Source of the DNA: a virus
Reading direction: 5' to 3' (one strand)
Virus record (IMG/VR): IMGVR_UViG_3300009514_000001
Coordinates: 47,894-111,893 of that record
Length of the DNA: 64,000 bases
The notes under the pieces were generated by a model that saw only the letters and a list, made by a program, of their open reading frames with translations, was not told where the DNA came from and ran no database searches. Position numbers and translations under genes: made by a program. Positions 48,601-57,960 of the stretch are shown here, one piece after another. Each line of letters begins with the position of its first letter. Positions within the stretch are counted from its first letter, which is position 1.

Positions 48601-48651
48601 GAGGCGCTTGTACCTCTTCTCGGTCGTCGGGTTCATCTTGTACTTGCTCAT
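45610..48651 (-). CDS. SNF2-family (SF2) helicase with intein
   Basis: DDTGLGK|T, DEA, LTATLIKN, KVIVFT, INLQAA, QLLGRMVRIG. Confidence 0.93.
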   Translation of the reverse strand: MSKYKMNPTTEKRYKRLSAIRKKKGLAIKRKPPNLRETFVGFDGVERPLKIRDYQVIGILHMASMGRFILGDDTGLGKCTRGDTLIRTGSNGLVPIEDINPGITKPDTFAPVDHWSVQVGGKELQVSQFYHGGVKPTRKVQTHHGFEIEGSLVHPVRVRRGGGEVWVKLAEVREGDYLCIDRSPYKFGRVPVSLPSEVARNGEKTYPTQFKMVPELARFLGYLIAEGWFNHKDGEGWFNHKDGRFFTISQCSLSNPETSADIEYLIDTLFKYPVRKHGNDYPIASTYLIRWLEAIGVPKGVAKDKCIPWSVLRADRECVRQFVRALVDAESHVTKNGIEFSSASEKLAKQLQIVLLGFGVVSRRSPKAVKGRDHTYWRLTILGEDARVFMEHVGLISQRKRDAILPLTQHKENTNHDVVPHLKPEVEALREEIYARCGRQGYKGGGTSKRFGNAFYTTLGHVRAGRRNVSYSFLDTMLGVALEVGVPQDSPSLLELSRVRQREWFYDPVRNIERGEAEVYDITVDDPSHCYVGNGVVNHNTLSTIASLCVLWRTNPDQKALILTTKSAVPQWAGEFQKFTTGVHVTAMTGGNPKKREKQYAEFLAEKGPAVIVMNYALARADFTKIHGELDFRVVVYDEATAFKNPRARIHQVCKALAQKEGVAWVWGLTATLIKNNLIEGYGIYKVVMPPLFGTKTSFMKDYCITRLQKLPKSGRQIPVIIGYRDEDIERFRRVIDPFFLGRPKHEVATELPNVTFRMLKFSMHGDQTRLYSEALSGLLWVQDKETGEMEQKEVDHLTACTRLQQIVNHPELLGRDGKSKKFSLLKDLLSEGDLADEKVIVFTRFAEMVKLIMPALNNTDERRKNRYAVSITGHDSNPKRRAEAQRLFQDPNSDTKVIVITTAGSDAINLQAAKGLICYDTPWSAGDYLQLLGRMVRIGSQHDRVYAIHLCGIGSIDMRVNQVLRKKMDLVEAVLGRRIKGESKPVTISADGDLKAIYEGVLEDARKSRRKK
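47032..48417 (-). mobile_element. LAGLIDADG intein in the SNF2 Walker A, 462 aa
   Basis: CTRGD...NHN|T; LGYLIAEG, FVRALVDAE. Confidence 0.95.
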
Positions 48652-48657
48652 CGTCTT

Positions 48658-49632
48658 CTAGTCTCCAAAGAGGTCGAGGATACCGCCCTCAGAGGGCGCT
48701 GTGGAGCGCTCTTCGTTCAAGACGAACAACCGGTCGAGGAGTTCGTCCTCGAAGTCCTGGTCGTGTCCAGCATAGTTCGGGACGTCAAGGTCGCTCCATC
48801 CGTAGCTTCTGAGGACCTCTCGGTCCATCTCTTCGTGGAGCTGTTGAAGTTCGGGTAGCTCACCGGCCTTGATAGCGTTGTAGAGCTTCGTCAGGCCTTT
48901 CTGGTTCTCGGTCATCCACTCGGCTCGGGCGGCATAGAGCCGCTGTCCGATGCCTTCCAGAGAGAGGACGACCTCTTTGGGGTCCTTTTGGGGAAAGGGG
49001 AACGTCTCAAAACACGTCTCCGCCGTATAGCGGGAAGTTCCTTGAAGAGAAGAGCCCATGATGCGAGCCCAGTACTCGTGAACTCTAGACTGGAGAACTG
49101 AAAACGCAGTCCAGGACTCCAGAGGGAACACGTAGAGTGCTTCAGAGAACACTCGTCCCGTCGGCTGGAAGGAGAACATCACATGCTTCGACACCCGACC
49201 CGTCACCAAACAACGATGGAAGGGGGCGAGGGAACGATAGAGCCCGGGACGTGGGTCTGAGTACTGCCACCAACGCTTGCAGCGAGCGTTTGTCCTCTCC
49301 CTTTCTGGTTTGACCAGCCTGCGAACCCTCTCAAGCAGGTCGGGCCACTGTTCGGCATCCTCCAATGACATCTGGTCGAAATTGATGACGTATCGGTAGA
49401 AATCTTGGGTAGGAGAGGAGTTGACCTCCTTCCCGCCGATGTAGGGGAAAATCCTTTCTCCGTTCTTCGGGTCCTTGTCGATGAGGGCATTTCGCTCCCT
49501 TGGGGTCAATGTGAACCCGTCCACATTCAGGACGAAGGAGCCGTTGAAACTCAGACCCTCATTGGCCTTGAGAGGCAACGGGTCTGGACGCTCCGGACGC
49601 TGACGTAGACGAGAGTTCAGGCCCGGGCTCAT
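48658..49632 (-). CDS. stand-alone target-recognition/C-terminal region of an MmeI-like type IIL/IIG RM enzyme (no methyltransferase or nuclease domain)
   Basis: PYIGGKEVN...RYVINF...VKPER...WWQY...SKH...LQSRVHEYW...RYT..CFETFPFP...LTKLYN...LHEEMDREV...YGW; no FxGxG or NPP motif. Confidence 0.85.
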   Translation of the reverse strand: MSPGLNSRLRQRPERPDPLPLKANEGLSFNGSFVLNVDGFTLTPRERNALIDKDPKNGERIFPYIGGKEVNSSPTQDFYRYVINFDQMSLEDAEQWPDLLERVRRLVKPERERTNARCKRWWQYSDPRPGLYRSLAPFHRCLVTGRVSKHVMFSFQPTGRVFSEALYVFPLESWTAFSVLQSRVHEYWARIMGSSLQGTSRYTAETCFETFPFPQKDPKEVVLSLEGIGQRLYAARAEWMTENQKGLTKLYNAIKAGELPELQQLHEEMDREVLRSYGWSDLDVPNYAGHDQDFEDELLDRLFVLNEERSTAPSEGGILDLFGD

Positions 49633-50177
49633 TCAGGCGGCTCCTCGTAGAACGGACACTCTTCCCCGCCGGCACAGTCTCCCGTCGTGTCCCCACAGTA
49701 GAGACAGACCCCCGGGTCCGGGTCTTCCGCCCTGGGCTTTGGAGTCCGGTCCCCCGAGGAAGCGACGAACACCCCCTCCGAGAGCATCCTCTTGAGTTTG
49801 GCGAGAGTGAGGTCCTGCATCGCGGCCAAGCTGTCCGCCTGTTCCTGGGTGATGTACTTGTCCTTGACGTACAGCTCCAGGCGCTGATGGACCGTCGCCG
49901 CCTCCTCGGGAGACACGACGACCTCCCCACCATCCTCGACACTTTCCTCGGCCTCCTCGGGCGAGAGGGTGTACTGGACCACAATCATCACCTCTGGTTG
50001 ACCCTCGAAAGAGAAGTGAACCACGTCGCGGACCATCCAGAAGCGTTCCCTCAAAGAGACCTTCTCCCCAATGCGGGGCACTGGTGGCTGCTCTCCAAAG
50101 AGGAACGCTTTGGACTCGAACCAGTCGCCAGCGTCGGCTCCGTGGTAGAAGTTGTAGTGGATTCGTCGCTTAGCCAT
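49629..50177 (-). CDS. hypothetical protein
   Basis: VPRIGEKV motif; C-terminal Cys cluster. Confidence 0.7.
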   Translation of the reverse strand: MAKRRIHYNFYHGADAGDWFESKAFLFGEQPPVPRIGEKVSLRERFWMVRDVVHFSFEGQPEVMIVVQYTLSPEEAEESVEDGGEVVVSPEEAATVHQRLELYVKDKYITQEQADSLAAMQDLTLAKLKRMLSEGVFVASSGDRTPKPRAEDPDPGVCLYCGDTTGDCAGGEECPFYEEPPE

Positions 50178-50997
50178 CGATATCTCCCCCGACATCGACT
50201 ACGACGCGTCCCGGGCCATCGATGACCAGTCCGACCCCGTGAGGGGTGCCCAAGGTCTTGACACCTCCGTGGGCTTCGATGGAGACCTGGCGACCTGGTA
50301 TAACCACGTGACCATGGACCCTGCTCAGACGGCGAGGAACCCCCGTAGAGTACTCTGAGAGTGCCTCTGCAATCTGCTCCAGCGTCATCCCCTTGAGACC
50401 TGCCTCCTGGACAGCAGCGGCCGTCCTGGGGCCGATGTAGCCGTCAACGGGACCAGGGTTGCGGCCGATCCTGTGGAGCTGGGCCTGGACGAACCTCTCC
50501 AGAGATCGGGTCCCCTCCCACTTGCCGACGTCAGCCTGGGCCGCAGCGACCACTGAGAGTTTGGCGACCTCTCCCCTCCCCTCTGCGATGAGACGCTCGT
50601 AGAGGACCTGCCAGGGGCCGTAGTAATAGAACACGGTCTGGAAGGGAGATGGAAGCGGGTCCCGGTCGTGGGGAACGAAGTTCAGGGGAACGACCACTGA
50701 CCAGAGGAGGCCGAGCTTGCGGACGTCAACCACCTCCTCCTCGAACACTGACTCGAACCGGACCTGTCGACCGGCCCGCAACATCGAGAGGTGGGTGGGA
50801 AAGGGGTCCTCGTCCGGGGCTGAGATGTCGATCTTGAATCCCAGGTCCTTCGTCGCTTCGATGACCCGGTCCAGGGCTTGGGCAGTGTCCCTGGTCACGA
50901 CCAAGCGGCCGTACCTAATGAGTGTCTCGCGTTGCACAGAGTCCTCCAGGGTCGTCAGATAGAGATACGACACGGGACCAGAAACTGGACCCCCCAA
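50170..50997 (-). CDS. peptidoglycan-binding domain protein (start uncertain)
   Basis: VQAQLHRIGRNPGPVDGYIGPRTAAAV. Confidence 0.75.
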   Translation of the reverse strand: MGGPVSGPVSYLYLTTLEDSVQRETLIRYGRLVVTRDTAQALDRVIEATKDLGFKIDISAPDEDPFPTHLSMLRAGRQVRFESVFEEEVVDVRKLGLLWSVVVPLNFVPHDRDPLPSPFQTVFYYYGPWQVLYERLIAEGRGEVAKLSVVAAAQADVGKWEGTRSLERFVQAQLHRIGRNPGPVDGYIGPRTAAAVQEAGLKGMTLEQIAEALSEYSTGVPRRLSRVHGHVVIPGRQVSIEAHGGVKTLGTPHGVGLVIDGPGRVVVDVGGDIDG

Positions 50998-51002
50998 ACG
51001 CG

Positions 51003-51026
51003 AAGAACCCGCCGGAGCGGGTTCTT
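51003..51026. terminator. probable intrinsic terminator hairpin
   Basis: AAGAACCCGC-CGGA-GCGGGTTCTT just downstream of the structural operon. Confidence 0.6.
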
Positions 51027-51045
51027 TGAGTGCGTCGGAGTTCGG

Positions 51046-51228
51046 CTAACTTCTGGCCTCTCGTATCTGCTCATCGATGCGCTCGATACGCTCCAAGACA
51101 GCTTCTCTCTGCTCGGCGGAGAGCGCTGGGTCGAAGAGTTGTTGGCGCAGTTGCCGACGCCTCTTTGTGAGGTGAGGAAGCCGAGTGGATCCCGGAATCT
51201 CACTCCGATGGATGAAGTACGCCATCAC
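51046..51228 (-). CDS. small hypothetical protein
   Basis: 60-aa helical ORF filling the gap. Confidence 0.55.
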   Translation of the reverse strand: MMAYFIHRSEIPGSTRLPHLTKRRRQLRQQLFDPALSAEQREAVLERIERIDEQIREARS

Positions 51229-51245
51229 AGGTCCAAGGTCAAACC

Positions 51246-54200
51246 TTACGGGTCGTTGCCGGGGAATACGGCCAGGGTCACCGAAGACGGGTCAGGAGTA
51301 GCTCGACTGAAGCCCGTGAACATCGGCTTGCCTTCACAGCGGTACCGGTCCGCCGCCGCGTACCCTTCACCATACCCCGTCGGTCCGATGACGCCATCGA
51401 GCTGGATGCCGTTGGTCTGACCCAGGCCATCTCCGAGGATGCCGTAGGTCAGGACAACCATCTGAATCTCGTCCCCGTGGCTCGTCGTGTTGACGGTCGC
51501 GAAGGCCTCCTCCTTGTAGTTGCGTACAAGCATGGCCTTGCAAGCCAGGATGCCTCCCTTGAGGACAGGGAGAACTGACGCCGGGAAGGACTCGCTGACC
51601 CAGTCGATGGGGCCACCAGGGTTCTGTCCAGAGAGGACGAAAGACGAGCCGCCGCCTCGGTACAAGCGGAACCGCTTGGTTCCCGTCGGGGCCGTGGATG
51701 CGTTGAACGCCTCATAGCGAAGGATGGCACCGTCGCTCATCGCGACGAGCTGCCCCGGGTCGCCCATGAACCGGTCGAAGCTGTCGCCGCCAGTAGTCAG
51801 AGGGAGGACCGTCTGCACCGGCCTGAGGCGAGGAGTCGCTGTCGCGAACGCGCTGGCCTGGTCGTTGAGGGGGTTCTCCCCGATGAAGTCCGAGTCCTGG
51901 AGCAGGATGCCCAGGGGCAGACGCTCCGTCATACCCGTGAGCTGGAGCTGGCTGGTGCCGTCTCCGGCATTGTTGACCAGGTCCCTGCCCCCCGCGAAAT
52001 TGGCTCGGGTGACCCGTGAGTTCTTCGGCTCGTTGAAGGGACCGACGTTGTCGAACGGAACCGCCAACGTGAGGGAGCGGTCGCTTCCTGTCCCCGGCGT
52101 CCACGAGACCTCAATGCCGTTGCCCCGGCTGCCATCCACCAGGGAAGTGAGGATGACGTTGTTGCCCTCCGCGTTGGCGTTCAGGGTGAAGCGAAGGTCA
52201 GGGTGGGCGCTAAGGACGGCAGCCAGATCTGCTGTCGTCGCCTCTCGATCTGCCGGAATCTCTCGGAACTCGGTGATGGTCGCAGGAGTCGTAGACACCC
52301 CCGTGAATGTAACGACGGTGCCGTCCAACTTGTGGATGGTGATTGTCGCTCCGATGAGGGAGAGATCCTCGCCGCCTTGGAGGGTGGCCCCCGAGACCAC
52401 GAGCTGGGCTGTCGAACTCACCAGGGTCACCGCATTGCCGACAGCTCCAGGGGCAAAGGCCGTTAGGATGACGACATCCCCGTTTCTCGTTGCGGTCACG
52501 GTTCCCGTGAATGAATTGGCTCCGTCGTTGAGGGCGGCCACGATGTCGGCCGCCGCGGTTGCCCCGCCGCCCGTCACATCGAAATCATCAGAACCCGGAG
52601 TCCTGGAGCCGGCAACGCCGGTCAGGGGGACACCACCAATCGTGAGGATGTCGCCGGGAAGAGGCGCCAGAACCTGGACGGTACCGGTCGCCTTGATGTC
52701 ACCAGGCGAGGCCACTGCGAGGGCCAGACCACCCCGGTCTACGCCCTCCTTCTGCCCCTCAGTGAAAGTCCTGGTCAGGACCCTGTTACTGGGGGTCGTC
52801 TGGCTCGGCGGGAGGCGGGAGGACGCGCTGACAGTGTCCTCCGTGTAGCCGGCGTCGAGAGGCGTTCCGGGGAACAGCTCGCCACCGACCTTGCCAGTGC
52901 CCAAGGTCGTGAAGAAGTCGATACTCGCCAGAACTTCGAAGGCCCTGGGGTTCGGGGTCTCGACCTGGAGGTCGCCGTTGGAGTCGAACTGCTCGATGGG
53001 CTCGTTCAGGAAGAACGCATCAGAGGTGGCGACCTGTCCGTAACGGGCCTCATAGTCCGAGGTCGTCCTCGTTGAACCCTCGCGGGACATGAAGGGGTCA
53101 CCCTGGTACGGCGTCCGGTTGAACCCGGCGTACCAGCGGTCGTTGAGCTGTGCCGCCGAGGGGACGGTCATCTGAATCAGCTCCAGCTCGGGGTTGGAAC
53201 CGTCCAGGACCAGAGCACCCGTGCCCGTGTGGCGTCGAGCGATGACGTAGTTGTTCTCGTTGATGAACCCCTGGGCGAACCCGAACACGGCCGCCTCGAC
53301 CACGTACTCGAAGTCCGTGAACTGGTCCTTCGAGCCCGAGACGAAGTTGGGGCTCAGGGAGACATCAAGGGCCTCCTGAGGGATGATGTAGGTGTGGTCA
53401 CCGTCCGTCAGGGTGAGGTCCTTGGCGCCGTCCTGGAGCACGAACAGCGTCTGCTGCTCCGCGTCCGTCTTGAGGAGGTTTGTCGGCGGGTCCGCCACTG
53501 CCGTCACACGGTCAGCCCCGAAGGTCAGACCGCCCTTGGCGATGAAGTCGTCGCGGTCGTAAACCCCGTAGAGACGGGCAATGCCAAGGTATGGCGGAAG
53601 CTGGATACCAACGAGACCCGCACCAAGGTCCGAAGACTGAACTGAGGCCAGACGGGCCGTGATATCCGCCGCCTCCGAGGTCAGGGTGCCGACAGTGGTA
53701 GTCAGACGAGCCTGGTAGGCCGCCGTGCCCGGACCGACGATGGTCCCGTAGACGGAGTAGGCGTGTCCACTGGTCGTTCCCGTCTGGAGGTAGAGAGGAA
53801 GGACCAGGTTGCCGGCACTGGTGTTGTCCTGACCACCGATGGCGCTGAACACCGGCAACGTCGGGTCGACGGCGTCAGTGAACAGGTGGTTGATGCCGTT
53901 GAGGAACGTGCCCGAGCCGACGCCGGTGATGTCGACATGGAAGGGGATGTCCTGGCGGCCGAACCGGGGCATATACTCCGAAGGCACCGGGAAGCCCATC
54001 TTGAGGCCGGTGGTGAGGATGCCCGCACCGTCCTTAGGGATGGCGCCCGGATAGGTCGTGCTGCCCAAGAGACTCGGGTCGGCCTCCGTGGTGATGGCTT
54101 TGAGGGTCATCGACTGGTCCTGGAACGGACGAATGACCAGGGTCTTCGACCCCTTGTCGACGAAGACCTCGTGCTCGCGGTCCTGCTCGCTGAAGGCTAC

Positions 54201-57074
54201 GACGTTGCCGCCAAAGTCCGTCGCCTTGGGGGAGCTGTTCTCCCCCAGGCCGAGAGACGGGAGGCGGTTCCAGAGACCGACAGGAGCCGTGTCGAAGAAC
54301 GTCTCCTGATCCGGGATGCCCGACTCCGAGGGGAACGAGGTGTCGACCGTGCCGATGGCCTGGCGCAGGTAGGTGTTGCCGCCCTGGACCAGGCTGACCC
54401 TCCAGAGGTCATCTGGGATGCGGGCCATGCCTCCGCGGCCGGGATGGTAGAGCAAAGCGCAGGATATTTGCAGCTTGCTCGCAATCTGGCTCGGGATGCT
54501 GTGGTCGAACCCAGTTCCGGCACCGAGGTTGGTGGAGTTCCATGGGTTCGCCGTATCCAGCACCGAACCCTGGATGTCCGTGAGGACAACGGCCAGGGCT
54601 GGGTCGGAGGCAGCGAAGCCGGAACCGTCTTCGGCGTTCGTGATCTGGCTTCGGAATTCAGCCGTGAGCGTCTCGCCCGCAGCGATGGTGAAGTCCGTCA
54701 CACCCGCACTCAGGGGCTCTACAACGACGCTGGTGGCGTTCGAGGCATCCTGAGTCGTGTATCCCGCTGTACCCGCTCCGACGACCTTGAAGCAGCCGTT
54801 GTTCTCCCTGAAGGCCGTGTCTCCATAGAGGACGATGTAGACCTCGGAGCTGCGCCCCGTGTTGTCCCGCCCGCCGTTGGTGAGCATGTCGAACAGGGTT
54901 CTCTGATTTCGCAGGAGAGCCGTGGTGACGGCCGTGGGGTCGTTGGCGAAGTTGCCAGAGCCGTCCAGAGTGTAGAACCCTCCCAGGACATCGAAATCGA
55001 TGCCCAGGTCAATCTCCGGACCGGCGACAAGGCCAGGGGACGCACTGCCGACAGAGTCGGAGTCCAGACCCGCAATCTTGAGTGAGGAGTCCAACAGGCC
55101 GCCAAGCACGATGAATGGCCGTTCGAAGTTGGTCTCTCGTAGGGGGTAGAACGGCCCCGGGTGCTTCGCATCCGCCGCCGGGTCTGCGGTCAGCTCGCCA
55201 GGCGCCAGGGGGTGTTGGGCGTACTGGTCGAGGGCCCTGATGGACACCGGGTGCTGGAGGCCGGTACCGTCATCGGGGAAGCTCGTCTTCCAGTACTCTG
55301 CCGGGGCCACGAAACGGACAGCGCGCTCACTGCCATCTCGGAACGTCGCTCGGGCACCCTGGGTGCCGTTGTCGCCTCCGATATGAAGGAAGAACACCGA
55401 GCCGTCGCCGAAGCTGCCGGTAGCGCCGAGGTTGTTTACGAAGCCTGAAGGCTTGAAGTCGGCTCCGACGTCCCAAGAGACTGTGCTGTCGAACTGGTCC
55501 GTCGTAAACCCGCCAGTGAGGGCAGCGTCGTTGTCGCAGAGGACGGTGACGTCCGTCTGCAAAGAGGCGCTGTCAGAGAACACCGTGCGAATGCCGTCAG
55601 GGCCATCCACGGGTTCGGTCTGGTTGAGGGCTGCCGTAGTTCCATCAGCATGGAGAAGGTCGACCTCGACCACACTCGGTCCCTGGGTGTCGCCCACTGC
55701 ACTCTTCTTCCAAGAGGAGCGGAGGCGGTTCTCAGCGAGAGCAGCGATGTTGTGGAGGAGAATGCGCTGGTAGTCCCACTCGCCCGGAGTTACCGAGCGA
55801 CGCAGGTCATGGATGTCCCGCCCCCCAACCTCGTCGGCGAACAGGCCGTCGGGACGGGCGCTGAAGAACTCAATGATGGCACCCGCCTCGTGGCGGGTTG
55901 CCCGAGTAGCCCCTCGACCGCGGCCACCTGACGGGATGGTGATGGTTCCTGGAGTAGGGGCGGAGTCGACCGACGAGACGCCGATGATTTCGCCGTCGAT
56001 GACCATGAAGACGTTGGACAGGATATGCTTCGGGTCGTCGAAGCCGCTGTCGACCAGGTTGTCCACCTGGATGACGCCCGTAGCCGTCGGACTCAGGGCA
56101 TTCGTCAGAGTTGCCGTCGCCAGGGTCTTGGCGCCCTCTCTCGGGTCCGTCAGGAAGCTCGCCGAGGGGTTGCGGTTGAACGCGCCGTTCTGGTTCGGGT
56201 TGCCAGCGAGGTTGGCCGCCGTGAACGTGCTGGTGTTGCGTCGGAACACAACGCACAGAGGGATGGCGTAGACGTAGCCGTCAGCCGTACCCAGGGCACT
56301 GTTCGAGTTGCCGTCGCCGGCACGCCAGAGGCTGGGGTCTCCCAACTCGTCTCGCATGTTGGAGAAGGCGAACCCAGTGACTGGAGAGGTCGACGTCCCC
56401 TGTCCGAGCACGTTGGGATCTCCGAGGCCATCCGGGTAGACATCCAGAGCCACACTGGAGCCCAGACCTTCTCCCGAGCCGAAGACACGAAGGCGGTACT
56501 GAAGCTGAACTCGACGGGTCGTCTCGAACCCGATGGCCGGATCTTGGAGATCGTCATCGAGATTCGCTTGACCAAATTCGACGTTGCCAAACTTCCAAAT
56601 CTTGTCCGCAGCGGGCTTGTTGGTCGTCGCGGGGTTGGGTTGGATCAGAGCGAGCCAGGCCTCCAAGAACACGAAGTCAGTGCGGCTGTCGGACGACGGA
56701 GGGGGGCTGAGGCGGATGCGATTACTGACGTCACCAGTGGTAGAAAGCTGGGTGCCTCCGACTGGAATGAGCCATCCATTGATGTTGGCCCACAGCACTG
56801 GAGTGGTCTCCTCCGCAGCCGGGTTACCGACCTTGAAGAAGTTCGACCAGCTCTTGTCGGTCAGGAAGTCCTGACTGGCCAGGGTCGGGTCGATAAGCCA
56901 TCCAGAGGGCATCACCCGACGAACGTAGTTCGAGAGGGACTCGAACTGGACCTGTTGGGCCAGGTTGAATTCGTGGTCGAGGGGTGGCTTACCCCTCTGG
57001 GCGACCACAGTGATGAACTGTCGCTGCTCTGGGGTCAGCGTCCGTGCAACGCCGTTGCCAAGATTGATGCTCAT
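51246..57074 (-). CDS. very large putative virion structural (baseplate/tail) protein
   Basis: 1942 aa, G/T/S/D-rich; N-terminal QRGKPPLDHEFN and RTDFVFLEAW segments resemble jumbo-phage tail proteins. Confidence 0.75.
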   Translation of the reverse strand: MSINLGNGVARTLTPEQRQFITVVAQRGKPPLDHEFNLAQQVQFESLSNYVRRVMPSGWLIDPTLASQDFLTDKSWSNFFKVGNPAAEETTPVLWANINGWLIPVGGTQLSTTGDVSNRIRLSPPPSSDSRTDFVFLEAWLALIQPNPATTNKPAADKIWKFGNVEFGQANLDDDLQDPAIGFETTRRVQLQYRLRVFGSGEGLGSSVALDVYPDGLGDPNVLGQGTSTSPVTGFAFSNMRDELGDPSLWRAGDGNSNSALGTADGYVYAIPLCVVFRRNTSTFTAANLAGNPNQNGAFNRNPSASFLTDPREGAKTLATATLTNALSPTATGVIQVDNLVDSGFDDPKHILSNVFMVIDGEIIGVSSVDSAPTPGTITIPSGGRGRGATRATRHEAGAIIEFFSARPDGLFADEVGGRDIHDLRRSVTPGEWDYQRILLHNIAALAENRLRSSWKKSAVGDTQGPSVVEVDLLHADGTTAALNQTEPVDGPDGIRTVFSDSASLQTDVTVLCDNDAALTGGFTTDQFDSTVSWDVGADFKPSGFVNNLGATGSFGDGSVFFLHIGGDNGTQGARATFRDGSERAVRFVAPAEYWKTSFPDDGTGLQHPVSIRALDQYAQHPLAPGELTADPAADAKHPGPFYPLRETNFERPFIVLGGLLDSSLKIAGLDSDSVGSASPGLVAGPEIDLGIDFDVLGGFYTLDGSGNFANDPTAVTTALLRNQRTLFDMLTNGGRDNTGRSSEVYIVLYGDTAFRENNGCFKVVGAGTAGYTTQDASNATSVVVEPLSAGVTDFTIAAGETLTAEFRSQITNAEDGSGFAASDPALAVVLTDIQGSVLDTANPWNSTNLGAGTGFDHSIPSQIASKLQISCALLYHPGRGGMARIPDDLWRVSLVQGGNTYLRQAIGTVDTSFPSESGIPDQETFFDTAPVGLWNRLPSLGLGENSSPKATDFGGNVVAFSEQDREHEVFVDKGSKTLVIRPFQDQSMTLKAITTEADPSLLGSTTYPGAIPKDGAGILTTGLKMGFPVPSEYMPRFGRQDIPFHVDITGVGSGTFLNGINHLFTDAVDPTLPVFSAIGGQDNTSAGNLVLPLYLQTGTTSGHAYSVYGTIVGPGTAAYQARLTTTVGTLTSEAADITARLASVQSSDLGAGLVGIQLPPYLGIARLYGVYDRDDFIAKGGLTFGADRVTAVADPPTNLLKTDAEQQTLFVLQDGAKDLTLTDGDHTYIIPQEALDVSLSPNFVSGSKDQFTDFEYVVEAAVFGFAQGFINENNYVIARRHTGTGALVLDGSNPELELIQMTVPSAAQLNDRWYAGFNRTPYQGDPFMSREGSTRTTSDYEARYGQVATSDAFFLNEPIEQFDSNGDLQVETPNPRAFEVLASIDFFTTLGTGKVGGELFPGTPLDAGYTEDTVSASSRLPPSQTTPSNRVLTRTFTEGQKEGVDRGGLALAVASPGDIKATGTVQVLAPLPGDILTIGGVPLTGVAGSRTPGSDDFDVTGGGATAAADIVAALNDGANSFTGTVTATRNGDVVILTAFAPGAVGNAVTLVSSTAQLVVSGATLQGGEDLSLIGATITIHKLDGTVVTFTGVSTTPATITEFREIPADREATTADLAAVLSAHPDLRFTLNANAEGNNVILTSLVDGSRGNGIEVSWTPGTGSDRSLTLAVPFDNVGPFNEPKNSRVTRANFAGGRDLVNNAGDGTSQLQLTGMTERLPLGILLQDSDFIGENPLNDQASAFATATPRLRPVQTVLPLTTGGDSFDRFMGDPGQLVAMSDGAILRYEAFNASTAPTGTKRFRLYRGGGSSFVLSGQNPGGPIDWVSESFPASVLPVLKGGILACKAMLVRNYKEEAFATVNTTSHGDEIQMVVLTYGILGDGLGQTNGIQLDGVIGPTGYGEGYAAADRYRCEGKPMFTGFSRATPDPSSVTLAVFPGNDP

Positions 57075-57174
57075 CGATACGTCCTCAGCGCTCTGTCAGC
57101 AGATGTCCGTCGGTCAGGTTCGGAGCACTCTCCTAGCCTCAACCATAGACAGGCTAGCGACAACCATACAGCGC

Positions 57175-57957
57175 TCAGAACAGGACAGCATAGGCCCCCA
57201 GGTAGACCTTGTCCGAACCTGTGTTGGTGAAGGCCAGACGCAACTCTGTACTGGGGGCACAGTTGGTGAGAGGTTCCAGGAAGCCTACAGGCATGAAGGA
57301 GGCTCCGTCATCGAGACTCAGAGCCACCACAATCTCCGGGGCCTCCTGGTCGATCTCTTCGATAGACCTTACCGCGGGCTGGTTGATTCCGTTGAACACT
57401 CCGAACGACGACATGATGTCCTGGCTGGTCGAGTACCTGTAGACCTTCCAGTAGACCATGAACTCGGTAGCCCCCGAAGGAGCTATGGCCGAGATATCGA
57501 TGGTGTCCGTGATGATAAGCCCAGGCCTCGGAGGGGTCGTCTGGTTGTTCGGTGCCAGGACGGCAGTCGAACCAGGGGTCAACCCTGTCTGGGGACCCGA
57601 ACCCCTCCCGGTCTGGAATCGAGGAGAGAAGGACCCCGTGAACGGTGCCGCAATGACCTGGTTGGTCGTGTTGTCGAGCACCGCCGACGGGTCGAGGTCT
57701 GCCGCGTCGCCCGCCTCCAAGAGGGGATTGAACACGATGTTCTCGAACATCGGGAACCGGGCCAGAAGCTCCTGCATCGCCAAGCTGGTGAAGTCGCCTC
57801 CATCTACAGGGAGGACGTAAGAGGAGCTGTCCACGGTGATAGACCCCGCCGGTGCCTCGATGGGGTACTTCCCATTGATCTGGGTGAAGTCTCCCACAGC
57901 CGGAGAGCGCTCCACCTGGAGGATTTCATTCGTTGGTAGGTCTACCAGGACTCTCAT
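57175..57957 (-). CDS. putative virion structural protein
   Basis: 260-aa beta-rich ORF between two giant structural ORFs. Confidence 0.7.
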   Translation of the reverse strand: MRVLVDLPTNEILQVERSPAVGDFTQINGKYPIEAPAGSITVDSSSYVLPVDGGDFTSLAMQELLARFPMFENIVFNPLLEAGDAADLDPSAVLDNTTNQVIAAPFTGSFSPRFQTGRGSGPQTGLTPGSTAVLAPNNQTTPPRPGLIITDTIDISAIAPSGATEFMVYWKVYRYSTSQDIMSSFGVFNGINQPAVRSIEEIDQEAPEIVVALSLDDGASFMPVGFLEPLTNCAPSTELRLAFTNTGSDKVYLGAYAVLF

Positions 57958-57960
57958 CTA

